Source of the DNA: Blepharisma stoltei ATCC 30299
Taxonomy: Eukaryota; Protista; Ciliophora
Length of the DNA stretch: 64,000 nt
Reading direction: 5' to 3'
NCBI GenBank assembly: GCA_965603825.1
Contig: CBFDEM010000044.1
Coordinates: forward strand, 712,617-776,616
In this document: positions 19,892-33,041 of the stretch, piece after piece
Numbering within the stretch: the first letter of the stretch is position 1
Layout of the letters: every line of letters starts with the position of its first letter
Program-made: the position numbers and the translations under genes
Notes under the pieces: model-generated
Database searches by the model: none
What the model saw: the letters and a program-made list of their open reading frames with translations, nothing else
What the model was told of the DNA's origin: nothing

Positions 19892-22800
19892 TTATCTTGA
19901 ATCGCGGGGGTATTTCCGCTTATAGCTTTCATGTCTATCAGACCCTCTATCATGCTTTCTGTCATCATAGTCATGATCATGGTTTCTGTCTCTTCTTGGC
20001 TCTTTTCTTGGCCCTTTGGAGTTCCGATCGCTTTCTTCTCGGTCACGGTAGCGCTTTTTCGGCAGTTCCTCGTTGCTGTCGTTTTCCCTCCTCTTGTCCC
20101 CTCGGCTCTCAGCGACAACTTTAAACTTATGGTACTCCTTGCCTGAGTAGTTTTTGGACTCCCCGACCCTTTGTCCAGGCGACCTTGGCGGTTTTTTGCC
20201 TGGAGACATTTGCCGATCTCTTCGTGTATCTTTTTTGGGTGACGGTCTTTGTGGTCTAGGTGATGAAGGTTTTTCTGCATGAGGAGAAGCGCTTCGTTTT
20301 CTTGACTCGTCTTTGGGAGGAAGCGCTTTGGATGGGGATGGTTTGACGACGAATTTTTTTTCAAGCTGCTCATAGTAACTTAAAGCTAGAAGCTTAAGGT
20401 CATCTAATTCAGATTCCTTTAAAGGGCTAACACTTACCATAATATCACTTGCCAGCTGCTTCGAAGTTGGGAATTCTGCTAAAATTTTTCATAGCACGTA
20501 TAAGGCATTTTTCTGGACTATGTGGGAGTTTCCTTTGAGAGCTGTGCAGAGGTTGATGCTGATTTTGGCTTGGAGCTGCTGAGTCTGACTGATAAATATC
20601 GCCTGTGTGGGGATCTGAGAAAATCCTGGAGTGCCTTTGCATTCTTTATCAAAAACCCGAGTCCAGCGGCCTAGAAGTGAAAACAGTTCAAAAGCGAATA
20701 GTCCCATGTTTTGAGATTCAGCTTCGCTACAACAGTAAATGCATGGGATGATCTGAGAAATGCATTCAGAAATCAGCTGCATGGTCGGGAATTCAGGAAT
20801 TTTCAGTTTTTGCATTATTTCAATGAAGCTTACACAGTACATAGCATCAACAGGGCTGCACATTAGTCTTGGGTAAATGCATTTCTGGACAAGCTGGGAT
20901 GCTAAATTCGGGTTGGCTGCTAAATTTGCTCGCTTTTTGATTTCGTCATAAAAATATGTATGGGTCACTCTCAAAAAGCTTTTTTCTACCTCCAGCTCGT
21001 TGATTTGGTTCTGGATTTTCTGTTTTTTATCACCATTTTGCTTTTCGCTGATTTCATGCAGTGCTTTTATTTCTTCAATATATTGCTCTTCTGATGCTTT
21101 TATGTCAGTTAATGAAAGTGCCCAAAACACTGTATAAAATTCAATAGGGATTTCGCATTCTTCTGTAATTGATTTAAATTGCACAATTAAGTCGTCGAAT
21201 CCTCGGATAATGTCAATGCCAGGTCGGACAATACACATAATTAAGTGGATGGGAAGGCCATAGTCTCGCTTTAGGCTGATTATAGGCTGTGGAGGGAGCA
21301 ATTTGCTTGAAAAGATTTCATGGTCTGTGAATTGTAAACTTAATAAATCAATTAGATGGACTATGCAACCAATTAAACTATCATATAAAGAACTCAGCAC
21401 TTTCAAATGTGGGGTGTTTGTTTTAAATAATACATTTTGTGCCTGCTGCCCAGCCAAAATTGCAAGCTCAATTGCACAGCTCAATCCACCAATTTCTAAA
21501 GGCTGCTGAAGCACTTTGCATAGCTCTTCTGAGCTTTTTTTGGTTTTTGTCCTTACATCATCCAGTTTATGTGCTATCACTTTTAGCTTTGGCCCTGCCG
21601 CTAAACTTTTGAGCATTCTTTCAGTAAGTTTATCTGGTGGGTTCCAGCCTGACATTTTGGTTAAAATTTCTCTTAAAATACATACTTCTACAACCTGGCT
21701 ATTTTTTAGTGACTCTTTTACAAAGGTCAAAATCCCTACAAGCTCTGTCTTACAGTTAACCTTATAAAACTCCCCCACAAAATTTGCAATATTTTTCAGC
21801 CAAGGCGCAATTCCACCCCTTTCTAATTTTGGCTTTGTAATGGTAGAAAGGGCTTGGAGTATCGAGTATGGGATCACGTCAAGAAATAAGAGATTTGAAT
21901 GAGGAAAACAGTTGATGAGGATCGTGGTCAGGTTATTGTAGCTTGTGACTTGGAAAATCATTTCTTTTATGACGTGGCACATACTTTTGTTCATGAACTT
22001 CTGCAGTGACTTGCTGTCTTGCTTGTTGTTTTCTCTTGAAAGTCTTTTAATCCACGCACGTGTTTCTTTTATCTATCTGTAAATTATACCGTGATTCCTT
22101 GTTTAACGAGGACTAAGCCGTCTTCTTGATGGTTTTTCCAGACTTCGTACAAGTCATATCTTTCTCGGTACGACAGCACTTGTAGAGCTTTTCATAAGCC
22201 TAGCATCACCTCGTTAGAAGCTAGAGAAAGCCCAGGCAAAATGGCTGTTTTCATGAGTTGGATTATTTTTGCTTTGTCTTCACAATGCTGGAGGATCTTG
22301 CAGACTTTTACAAAGGCATCAGTGTTAGCGCCTATTGATGCTCCTAAGACTGGAAGAATTGTATCAAGGCACTCAAGGGCTTGGCTGATTGAAGAAGCTT
22401 GGGAGATTGGTCCTGTTGGGAAATTAGGAGGCTTTGCTGAAGAAAATAGTGGCTTAGGCAGGGTTTGGTAGATTGGGTCAACAACCCAATGAATTAAGTC
22501 ACACAAAGCATCAACCATAGGTGGGTAATTGGCAACTAGAATTTTCCCTTGGAACCTTTCGAAGACTTCTTTTACAACTGGCCAAGCATTCACTCGGATT
22601 AGCTCAGAAAGCACTGCTAATTTTTGGTTATTTGGGTCTGGACTATTGAAAACCTCTAAATCTTGTTCTTGCTGAGAGCAGTCCCCATTGAGCACCACAA
22701 TGTCCATGTTCCTTCGAATTGACTGTGCAAAGGCTTGATAATCTGATAAGCACGCCGCCAGACTTTCTGGCTTCAAATACCCCCACAAAGACTCTAAAGT

Positions 22801-23469
22801 CATAAGCTGGCTTTTTATGCACAAAGCCGCAATATGGGCTAATGGTAGCATATCAGTCGCCGAATTCTGAAACTTGAACCCAAAGATATGGCAGAGCGCA
22901 TGGGTATTTATCGTCGTCAAAAGCTGCAAAAGCTCCTGGTCCTCTGGGTGTATCTCGAAAATTGCGATTGCTAAATCAATTACTCTGTTCGGGTCAAGAT
23001 TATACGCCCCAATTAGTTCTTGTGCAGCTTCCAGCTTGCCAGGGGAGTTGAGCGCATAGAGCAGCCTGGTGTATCCTTCTGGCTCTTCTCTCATCAGGTT
23101 GTATTTCTGCTGAACGTAGCTAATTGGCTCTTACATCATGGTTGTCCGTAATTTGTTCAAGCGGTCTCTGAAGACTTTTGCGGTCGAAATCAGTTCGCAT
23201 TGCTCGAGGACTGGTTCGTCCAAATAAGCCAAGCAGTCTTCTCCAGTAAGAAAAGAACGGGCTAAAACAGCTTCAACAATTCGGGAATAGCTGGCATGTT
23301 GGTCAGAGCTCAAGTTTTCCCACTCAAGCCCGAGTAGCCACAATGCGTCACAAAGATCTTCCCTATGCTGCTCTAGGAGTCCATAGTTCAAGGGCGAGCC
23401 ATCAAAAACACACTTTTGGAGATGAGCGTAAAGTTGGCTGAGTAAATTATACAAACTCTTTTCTTCCAT
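19892..23469 (-). CDS. THOC2: THO complex subunit 2 (2 tiny introns, 2 in-frame TGA=Trp)
   Basis: Joins four track ORFs. Motifs YVQQKYNLMREEPEGY, LIGAYNLDPNRVID, W(TGA 22192)KALQVLSYRERYDLYEVWK, KRLSREN, WLKNIANF and CIYPR; basic low-complexity tail. Confidence 0.9.
22073..22089 (-). other. 17-nt spliceosomal intron in THOC2 (GTATAATTTACAGATAG)
   Basis: Removal is required to join ...QGIT to IKETRAWIKRLSREN in frame. Confidence 0.75.
23120..23134 (-). other. 15-nt intron in THOC2 (GTAAGAGCCAATTAG)
   Basis: Removes an in-frame TAA and restores MIYVQQKYNL. Confidence 0.88.
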
Positions 23470-23788
23470 TTAATTATTATTAACTGATGCTTTTTGGATT
23501 GAAAAGGCAGTGAATTCTGAAGGAGAAGGCTTGGGCTCGAGTTTGAGAGAATTTCATACCCTTTTTAAATTATTTGTATAGGGATTTATGTGAGGGTATA
23601 TAAGGAGGCGGCATATATAAAAAATAGACTGAGTTTTTTTTTGATAAAAAGTTTGTCTGGTTATTTTGGTTTATTACATAGAGAAGAAATAAGCGAATAT
23701 AGATAAAAGATAACAAGCCTTCAAATATAGCTATTTATTAAACATATTTGTTATTTTCACCTATTTCTTCAACAGTCTAAATAATATA

Positions 23789-24832
23789 ATGGAGTCAGAG
23801 ACAATGAACTATAAATACCTTGGAAATTCTGGTCTCAAGGTGTCTGTCCTCGGTTTTGGGAACATGACAAGTGGCTGGGCAGAAGGAACTGAGCAGTGGA
23901 ACTTTGAATGTATGAATAAATGTGTCAGGGGTGGCATCAATTTCTTCAACACTGCAGAAGTATATGGAATGGGATCAGCTGAGACCATCCTCGGCAATAA
24001 CCTAAAGCAAGGAGGCTGGGATAGAGACGATCTAATCATCAGCACAAATTTAATCCCTACCAAAGTTATAGGAATTCAAGGATTAAGCAGAAAAAGGCTT
24101 CGTCAAGCCATAAATCACTCCCTCCAGCGGCTTCAGTTAGACTATATCGACGTTCTTTATCTCCATAGATTTGACTATGAAGTCCCTCTTGAAGAAACCA
24201 TAAGAATCATCAACGACTTAATTGATGACGACAAAGCGTTTTATTGGGGAACTTCAGAGTTCACCCCTCAGCAACTGTCTGAATGCCACAGAATCTGTGA
24301 AAAGCACGGCTGGATCCCACCAATTGTCGAGCAAGCACAGTATCATATGTTTGAGAGAGAAAAAATAGAAAGAGATTATGTCCCTATTTTTAGAGAATAT
24401 GGGATGGGGACTACTGTTTGGAGTCCTTTAGCTGGAGGACTTTTATCAGGGAAGTATAATGATGGAAAAATTGTTCCTGGGAGAGCTGAGAGTGGCTTAG
24501 CTGCAGCAGTTTATAAGCAGAAATTTGATAATTATATTGGGAATAGAAAAGAGGACGCTGTAAGAACTTTGAAGGGGCTGCAAAGTTTGGCTGAAGAGCT
24601 TGGATGTACGCAAAGTCAACTGGTTTTGGCTTGGGTTATTAAAAATCCTGATGTGACGACTGCAATACTTGGGGCTTCTTCTCCAGGACAGTTAGATGAG
24701 AATTTAGCTGCAGTTGAAGTTGTGAAAAAAATTACTCCTGAAGTGTTGGCTAGGATTGAAGATTTACTAGGAAATCGTCCCAATCCTTCTATGAATTGGA
24801 GAACTTTCACTCCAAATCCACCTCGGCGCTAG
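23789..24832 (+). CDS. Aldo-keto reductase, Kv-beta (AKR6)-like, with catalytic Asp and Lys both replaced by Asn
   Basis: Motifs YKYLGNSGLKVS, SLQRLQLDYID, FYWGTSE and WSPLAGGLLSGKY. It has FNTAEVY and ISTN where the family has FDTAEVY and ITTK. Confidence 0.9.
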   Translation: MESETMNYKYLGNSGLKVSVLGFGNMTSGWAEGTEQWNFECMNKCVRGGINFFNTAEVYGMGSAETILGNNLKQGGWDRDDLIISTNLIPTKVIGIQGLSRKRLRQAINHSLQRLQLDYIDVLYLHRFDYEVPLEETIRIINDLIDDDKAFYWGTSEFTPQQLSECHRICEKHGWIPPIVEQAQYHMFEREKIERDYVPIFREYGMGTTVWSPLAGGLLSGKYNDGKIVPGRAESGLAAAVYKQKFDNYIGNRKEDAVRTLKGLQSLAEELGCTQSQLVLAWVIKNPDVTTAILGASSPGQLDENLAAVEVVKKITPEVLARIEDLLGNRPNPSMNWRTFTPNPPRR

Positions 24833-25295
24833 TTAAATTATGCATAAAGGGTGGATATATCTAACCTTTTTAATTATAATCTTATAATATTGAAGTTAAA
24901 ATATTAAAAATTGGAATGAGAAGTCTTATAGCAAGCAATTATTATTAATACAAAGAAAAATAAATTTAATTAATAAGCTCGGAATCATCTGCTGATTAAA
25001 AAATAACCTTTTAGGCATATTTTTCACAATTTCAGAATTCTCAATATTCCATAAAGCATCAGATTTTGACTGTCTGGCATTATTAGGCAGCACAGCTGGT
25101 GCTTAATAGTAAAAATTAGTATTGAAAGATAATGGTAATAAGCCTAAATTTAGCTGCTTATAGCATCTCATTCATTAAATATTAAAAACTTACAAAAGGT
25201 TTAAAATTTTAATTTTCTTGCAAAATATATATAAAATACACAAATTTTCTTTGCATTTTTCATCTCACAAGTATTGTAAGCAAGAATAGTTAGGA

Positions 25296-25593
25296 TTACT
25301 TCTTTATATGCTTTGTTCTTGCTGCTGGGGTAGTCCCTTCTCTGAATGCGTTCTTAGCTCTTCTTGGGATTGACTTTAGGTATCTCATTCTTCCGGTTCC
25401 TTCTCCTCTTCTCCTGTGGGTCTTGAGAGCCCAGTTATAGTGTCTCATCTTAGCACTTGGATAACCACAGGATGCGCACTCCAATGTTTGCTTATGCAGT
25501 GATCGTTTCCCGCAACGTCTGCAAACTGTGTGAGTGTGGCTGTTTCTCTTTCCTGCGCTTGGAGTTCCTTTTGTCTAAATAGTCTCTTACCAT
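25296..25593 (-). CDS. RPL37: 60S ribosomal protein L37 (eL37), with a 16-nt intron directly after the ATG
   Basis: Spliced product M|[39 protein letters not shown]...GTGRMRYLK, containing the C4 zinc finger. Confidence 0.95.
25575..25590 (-). other. 16-nt intron in RPL37 (GTAAGAGACTATTTAG)
   Basis: Removal gives the canonical MTKGT start. Confidence 0.92.
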
Positions 25594-25743
25594 TCTCCTG
25601 AGAAATTAATGCCATTAATCTGATTTTTAGGTTCGATCGATTAGAGTTTTATGGGTTTTTCAGCTCAATAAATAATTGATAAAATAGAATTATAGCCCTA
25701 TAATTAATTTTATCTTATAGACATATGGCTAGAAGAATTAGAT

Positions 25744-26232
25744 CTAACTCTCTGTTAATTTATACCATTTCTCTATCTCCGTTTTCTTCAAATTTACTGT
25801 GATTCGGCTTTTCCTGATTTTGTAGTTGCTTTGGCTTGGATCAATATTGTGGGTCAGGTTTTTCAAAATCAGCTTCCTGGTTTCTGCTTCTGAGAAATCG
25901 TAGGTCAAGGCAAATTCTTTTGTGTTGAATGTACAGGAAATCAGCTCTGCCTTTACTTCTTCTTCAAAATTTATGTAAAGTGTCACTTTGTCATCATCTT
26001 CAGCCCAGGAGTAGTTTCTTATGTTTACAATTTGAGGGGTGACTTGTCGTGCTGCCTCTGCAGGAGCATCTTTTGTGATCAAAACTGGAGGGCCGCCAGT
26101 CACAATGCCTACACCTTCTAAAACTTTGGCTTCTTCAGGAATATCAATGTTTCTAGGAGCGTGGGCGTAGTAATAAGACTTGTCGCCTTTTTTCTTGATT
26201 GATTCCATGAGCGCGTTTTCGCTTTCGACCAT
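25744..26232 (-). CDS. CS/p23-domain co-chaperone-like protein
   Basis: YSWAEDDDKVTLYI...LTHNIDPSQS...ITVNLKK...WYKL fits a CS domain. Confidence 0.75.
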   Translation of the reverse strand: MVESENALMESIKKKGDKSYYYAHAPRNIDIPEEAKVLEGVGIVTGGPPVLITKDAPAEAARQVTPQIVNIRNYSWAEDDDKVTLYINFEEEVKAELISCTFNTKEFALTYDFSEAETRKLILKNLTHNIDPSQSNYKIRKSRITVNLKKTEIEKWYKLTES

Positions 26233-26620
26233 TCTAGAAATATGGATTCAATATAATTAACAATTATATTTCATTTTTCTATTATTACTCATCTGTTTTA
26301 ATTCCCTCATGCTATTATTTTCTTAAATAAGGTAGACTAACAGTTTTATTTCTTTAAATATTTTTCTGTTTATTTATAGGAGGCTTGTAAATCCGCTATC
26401 GTCCAATTTATTTGAAGGCAATTTTGGTTCTAAAGGTTTTGATTTTACACTTTTTTCTGTACTTTTTTTATTTTCAGGAATATTCAAAATTTGCTATTAA
26501 AAAATTATATTTTTGCTTTATAATAATGTTTTGAAAAATACTAGCAGCAAAGATGTTTAATTTATGCTATAATATTTAAAATTAAAATAAATATTCATTT
26601 ATTACACGTAAAAATATACA

Positions 26621-28465
26621 CTAGCCCTTTTTTTTCCTCGTCGAAGTTCCCGAAGTATTCAAAAAGCTTGTTGGAAGTCTTGATATATCACCCAAGCTAA
26701 GTTTTTGCTCATGCCTTGGCTCATTTGAATGCTGAGCACTATTTCCTCTATTTACAGTATCTGATTTTTTTATCAGATTTTCTTGAACTCAATGGTGCCT
26801 AATTGCGTCATCAGGAGTCATCCTCTTCATAGGATCCCACTCAAGGCATGCTTCGACTAGTTCAATAAACTCATTATCTGCCCCTCTCAAAATGTCTCTC
26901 AATGATTTTGAACTAGGGTACCTCTTTTTTCCTCTTGAATTAGTAATTATCTTTGGCTGCCCAAAAGGATCAAAAAACAGCTGCTTTCTTGTAGCACCTG
27001 CCAAGACTTCTTTAGATGGCATCCCAAGTACTTCCATAATGCACAAAATCTGTTCTGCTTCACTTTCTCCACAGAACAGCGGATATCCAGTAAATAGTTC
27101 AGCTAAAATGCATCCAAAACTCCACATATCAATCATGGTCGAGTATGGAAGTCCTAGTATTATTTCTGGAGCTCTATAGAACCGGCTTTGGATATATGTG
27201 TATATTTTTTCGTCCTCAAAACAAGATGAGCCAAAGTCAATAACTTTTAAAGAAGAACGGTTCGGCTGCTTAAGCAAAATATTTTCTGGCTTAAGGTCAC
27301 AGTGAATAATATTATATCGCTTTAGCAGCCGCAGGGTTTGAAGAATCTGAAATGCGAATCTTTTGATTAAATTTATACTGAGCCCGTGGAAATTATTTCC
27401 TTTTAAAAAGTCGTATAGATTTATGCTGAGCATCTCAAAAGTTAAGCAGAGATGATGTCTGAATTGAAAATAGTCTGCAATGTGGACGATATTGTAGCTT
27501 TCATTTGTATCTTTTTCTTTTAAAAATTTCAAAATTTTTATTTCAACGATACCTTGCTGGTGGAATCTTTGTTTATTCCTTAGAATCTTCAGCGCAACAT
27601 GCATCCTCAGATTATGGTCATATGCTTTCAGCACTATTCCAAAACTTCCTTTTCCTAAAACCTGCACAACTTCATATCTATACGCAATATGATCTCCTAT
27701 AACCACTTTATAATCTCCCCTATCGTCATCATAACCATGATTTATCGTATTATTTTCGCTTGTTTTTACCTTATCAGCTCCAGCCCCAATAAACCATATT
27801 TCATTATAATTCACAACTTCATTATACTCATGAGTACTCAAAAACCTCACAAAATGCTTAAGCACCTTTGCCGGAACAACCGGCAATGTAAGCTGTTCCC
27901 ATTTTTCCTCTTTTTCCACTTCCATTGAGCTACTGCTGCTTCTAGCCCTTGTAGTAGCCTTTTTGTTATTGTCAATAATATCTTCAATACCAAATTTGCT
28001 TGGAGATTTACATAGTAAGCTTTCTGAAGAGATCCCTCAATCAATTTTTTTGCTTGCAGTCTGCTTAACTGCTAAAGGCTTTTGTGCAGTATAATTGAGT
28101 ATTTTGCTCGCTTCAGCTGAGCTATTTAGAGAATTATTGAATGATGCAGTTTCTGATGTCGCTGGGATTTTGTAGCGATTACTTCTTAATGATGAGTTGG
28201 ACTGGAGGAATTTTGAGACAGGAAGGGTTGGGATTTCTTGGATATGCTTGCTGGGTTTTGGCTGAGTTGAAACTCGGGGCTGAAATTTTGATAAGAGGGT
28301 GGATTTGTTTGGACTTAAATTTTTAGCTGAGGCAGATTCAGCATGAATTTGAGGCTTTAGCTTAGAATTTCGGGTTGAGTGTGGCTGAAAGGTAAATTTG
28401 GCTTGCGGGCTATGAGTTGAAGTAGCAGGAAGGTCTCTTGTGGGGTGCTTTGATAACTTGTGCAT
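26621..28465 (-). CDS. DYRK-family (class 2) dual-specificity kinase, 2 in-frame TGA
   Basis: Motifs GYDDDRGDY (DH box), HCDLKPEN, DFG and YTYIQSRFYRAPE. TGA at 26789 sits at the conserved H-x-W. TGA at 28037 joins the N-terminal ORF in frame. Stop is TAG at 26621. Confidence 0.92.
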
Positions 28466-28541
28466 ATTGCAATTAAAATCAAATTTTTACCACTATAGAT
28501 AATTAACTGCAAAATATATAAATTAGCTAAAATATAATTAT

Positions 28542-31250
28542 TTAGATTTCTCTGTACTCCTTTAGACTTAATATCTTTTGATACCCCTTAGAAAAGTTGC
28601 GATGGAGTTGATACCATTTTTCATAATTCCTTTTGAACAAATTCATTGTCTCAACGAACTGTGACGCTATTTCATTTCTTGTCCACCCATTCCTCCAGGC
28701 GCACACATCGAAATTTTCAATCTGATCTAACAAACCCTTAAAGCCTTCAGAAAAGTTTTGCAAATCAAAAGTGGGATTCGTGCAGCTGCCAGAATTCATT
28801 GCTTCTACACAAGCCTTGACCTTTGTATAATCCTCAGTATCTAGCCTAAATCTCTCCTTGTCTGCATATATAGACTCAACAATGATTTTTATTTGCCTAT
28901 AATGCATGTCACTTCTGTCTAATGAAAAGCAGGTTATTGTAGTGAGATGGCCTATCATTTCGACTGCGTTTCTTGTTCGTCCTGATTCTAAATCGGTTAC
29001 TACGATGGTTGCCATTCTCAGAATTATCACTTTTTGGGAATCCCTCATGACATCGGTATAATAGCTTCTTTCAGCTGAAGGATACTGAGCCTGATATACA
29101 AAAGATTTCAAAGCATCCATAAAATAGCCCAAGTTTAAATAGTTTAAGATATAGAGTGTTATATAAGCTTCTTTCATTACATTTTTATACTCTTTTTTAA
29201 ACTTCTCAAAGGATTTCAAGTTATTCGGGCTTAAGTCAATGAATTTGGGTGCTTGATTGTAGGAATTAATGAAAAATTGGCAGAGCTTTAAATAGATGGG
29301 GTCATTTTTATTATAGTTGATAAGGGATCCTTTGTCGGGGTAGTATTCTTGCACACAAGTGTCAAGAATATATCACTTGCATAGCATCAACTCACCTTTA
29401 ATTCTCAAAAACACTGAGAAATTTATCAACTCATGCATTATGTTTCCTGCAGTCTTATCCTTCAAAGACTCATAGCTTAAATACTGAGTGTCGCACATAG
29501 TGTATCTAGAGGTATAGAGGTTTTGGATCTCTTTTAATGCTGAATTCGCTCCAAACTCATTTAGCTGTTCTCACTCTGCAAAATTATGAGCCTTTATTTC
29601 ATTCAGCATTTCAGCTGACAGGTATGTGTAATAGTCATCATTTCCTGGATAATCTGATAAAATAGAATAAGAGCAGTATAAGGTGTCTTTTGGCTCTGGC
29701 TTCAGCTTTGAGTCTACATATACTAAGGAATATGCAGAGGAGCTGCCATCACCGCCAAGGCTTATGCTCATAACTTCATCTTCTGAAATTTCAGTTACAC
29801 TTATATCACTGTATTTCCTCCAAATCCCTCTTTCTGAGTCGTAAATAAAAGAATAATAATGGCCTCCTTCAGCACTGCCCTCGTGGATTAGTATGGAGTG
29901 CAGGTAGTATGGAGTTTTCATTAAACCTGGAACCTTATACTGCTGTTCAAGCTCTTTTCTCAATTTCTCTAGCTCAGTCTTCTTCTTTTCCATTGAAGTC
30001 TGGCACAAATTTCGTAGATAAGCAAGCCAGTTGGCAAGGTCTTTCAACGTTTGGCTGTCGACTTCATTGTCCCCTAGGATTCTTAAATTATCTTGCTGAA
30101 ACCCATCTTCTGAGCATTCTTCTTTTATAAATGCACTGGCTAACTGCAATATCTCAGGCAGGCCTAGCCCAGAATTTTTGTATTTAGTAATAGAATCTAT
30201 TGTTTCTTCCATTGTTTTTATTTGCCTTCTTAGATTTTTCAAAGTCTTATGCTGCCTCTTAGATTCCTGTTTGTTCTTATATAAAAATCTATCAATATGT
30301 ATAACTTTTGGAAACTCAAAGCGCTTGTTGATTTTGATAGGCGATCTTTTTTGTTTATCATAGGCCACTCTTTGAATGTGAAACAATAAAATAGATGGTG
30401 GATTCTCAATCCACACCCTCTGGCATGCAGTCGTTTCACTGCCACTCGGTGTCATAAAATTTTCAATTTTTGTGCTTTTTGAAAATTCCCATGCTGTATA
30501 CAAATCTCCATACTCGACGTCCAGGTTGATTTGTCCAAACACTGCATGGTTTATTTGTGTTGCCTTCCTTCCGAATTCATTGAAAGTGATAGACTCTATA
30601 TGCTTTCCATAAAACATATTAGATATCAGTCCATCTAAATTTACCATCATCCCTGAACTAGTTCTATATGATTCATATTCGTCGTCTATATTACGGTTTC
30701 TCATAGCTTCTGATATCCTTGATACCAAAATCATATTAAATTCCCCCACATCTCTTTGGCTCCCTATTTCTATTTTATTTCCAAAATCATCTGTAATTGA
30801 GCTGAGGACAGAGGTAGGGTCTATATATTTTCTGTTGCTTCCTATCATTAAAGCAAAAAGCTTTTGAAGCTGCGAAAGAAGCTGAAATTTGCTGCTGGTC
30901 ACCCTTTGTGGGATTTGAAAGCTCATGACTGCTTTTACGAAAGCTGGGATTGCAAAATAGGTTTGGATTAAGGAGTTAAAGTAGCATGTGTTTCCGATGT
31001 TTTTTAGGCCAACTGGGGTCCCTTCAACCCTTATACGCTCTTCAGGGTTTAGAGGCTCAAAGGCATTCAGATCATTAATTGCTTTCTGAGTGTTATACGT
31101 CTCATAATGGCTTTGATTGTTTTTATCTACAAGCCAGTTTAATGCAGCGTCAGAGCCAGTCCCACATAGCTTTAGTGCTTTCTGAACGTCTGCAAGTGAG
31201 AAGCCCATCCTTGTGAGCTCTTCTACTTTAGCGCTATTATAGTTTTCCAT
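28542..31250 (-). CDS. UBA-domain ubiquitin-specific protease (USP25/28-like), 2 in-frame TGA
   Basis: UBA (LTRMGFS..AL..A..WL), Cys box GLKNIGNTCYFNS, QRDVGEF, His box HEGSAEGGHY. The frame continues through TGA 29571 into the 28542-29354 ORF. Confidence 0.9.
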
Positions 31251-31306
31251 GCTTAAAAATATATAGAAAGATTATTTTTGATTAGCCAATCTTGTGTAGA
31301 TGTGAT

Positions 31307-33013
31307 TTACATGTTTGTGCTACATAAAAATTACTATAAGGGGCCACTTCCTCCTTCTGGAGTGATTCAATTAAGAAACTCCCCGACTGTTTTTATTTCA
31401 CAAGCCTTACAGTGCAAACATTTTGTCTGGTCAATTTTCAATTGATCCTGCTCATACGTAAAAACTCCTCCTGGGCAGAACTTCTCTTCAAGTCCTGCAA
31501 ATTCCTTGCTTGACCTTTGAGTTTGCTGCTTCTCCATTCCCATTTTAATTTTAATAAAATCTGGCTGATCTGGATCATTCTGTGTTCCCGATCTTCTGAG
31601 ATTTGTTAATAAATCAAACGCTATTTTTCCATCAGGTGTAGGATACTGGATCGGCTCATACTCCTTCGCATATTTGGTCGCCTCTGAATCTCTTCACGAA
31701 TTTTCTGACTTTGCCCTCAAATTCAGCTTCAGCCTGACTTCATCCTCGCTATAACTAAGCGCTGCCAAATACAAGCCCATCCAAAAGTTTCTATTAAAGC
31801 ACGATCTTATATGTCTTACAGATATAAGTTCATCCCAAATCCAAGACCTCCTATATTTTTCATAATAATCATACAAGTCTTTCCCTTCAGCTTCATCCTT
31901 TGATAAAGCCTCATGCAGGACTTCAGCTGCAATCATCCCACTTTTCATAGCTGTATGAGTGCCTTTTAGCTTTGCGTAGTTTAAAAAACCAGCTGAGTCT
32001 CCTATCAGCATTCCTCCTTGAAAAGTTATTTTTGGGACTGAAAAAAATCCTCCTTCAGTCAAAGTTCTTGCTCCATATGCTAAACATTCTCCGCCTTCTA
32101 AATAATGCTTATAAAGTGGATGAGTCTTAAGACGTTGGAATTCTTGGTAAGGGCTAATGTAAGGGTTATTGTAGTCTAAGCTTATAACTAAGCCGACATG
32201 GACTTTATCTGCAGCTTGATGGTACATGAACCCTCTTCCCCTTGTAGATAGGTCAAGTGGCCAGTTCAAAGTTTGGATAGCTAGGCCTTCTTCGAATTTT
32301 TCAGGACTGATTTTTCATACCTCCTTGATACCAAGGCCGTAGGATTGGTCAATTGCATATCGTTCACCATCGTCAAATCACCCTAAATTGAATCGCTTTA
32401 TTAAGTCTTCTGAGATACTCCCTTTAGATCCTTCTGCAAATAAGGAGTGCTTTGCATAGATTTCGACACCTTTTTGGTAGTCTTTTCGAGGCTGCCAGTT
32501 TTTTCCAATTCCAAAATCGCTACAAATTATACCTTCAACGTATCCTTTTTGGTTAATTAAAACTTCAGAGGCAGGGAAGCTTGGGTAAATTTGGACTCCA
32601 ATACTTTCTGCGTATTTTCCTAATCATCTGGTAGTTTCACTGAGAGAAATTATGTAATTGCCTTCGTTATTCAAATATCCAGGCCTCACAAAGTTAGGTA
32701 TGCTGAATGATTTATTTTCAGACAAAATTAAAGTCTTGAAATTTCTAACTGGGGTTTTGATAGGACTGTCCATATCACGTCAATTTGGAATGAGTTCATC
32801 AAGTGCCCTAGGCTCAAATAAGCATCCAGATACTATATGTGCGCCAACCTCTACACCTTTCTCTACAACAATTACTTGATAATCTGGGTTCAGCTGTTTT
32901 AGTCTTATTCCAGCAGATAATCCAGCAGGTCCAGCTCCCACAATGACGACATCGCATATAATTCTGTCTCTCTGAACCATCAAAGACCCAAATTTTCTTA
33001 CTGCTTTCAGCAT
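31307..33013 (-). CDS. ETFDH: Electron-transfer flavoprotein:ubiquinone oxidoreductase (6 in-frame TGA, one 15-nt intron)
   Basis: Motifs GAGPAGLS, ELIPNW, GIKEVW, KGTHTAMKSG, FCPGG and CLHCKAC; spliced C-terminus NWITPEGGSGPLYTNM. Confidence 0.93.
31320..31334 (-). other. 15-nt intron in ETFDH (GTAATTTTTATGTAG)
   Basis: Removal converts a premature TAG into the family-typical ending GPLYTNM*. Confidence 0.85.
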
Positions 33014-33041
33014 TATAAATAATAAATTTTATAATAAATCA

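Noticed and set aside
31307-33013. Selenoproteins (UGA=Sec) or UGA=Cys
   Set aside because: TGA aligns with Trp, not Cys, in every recognisable motif.
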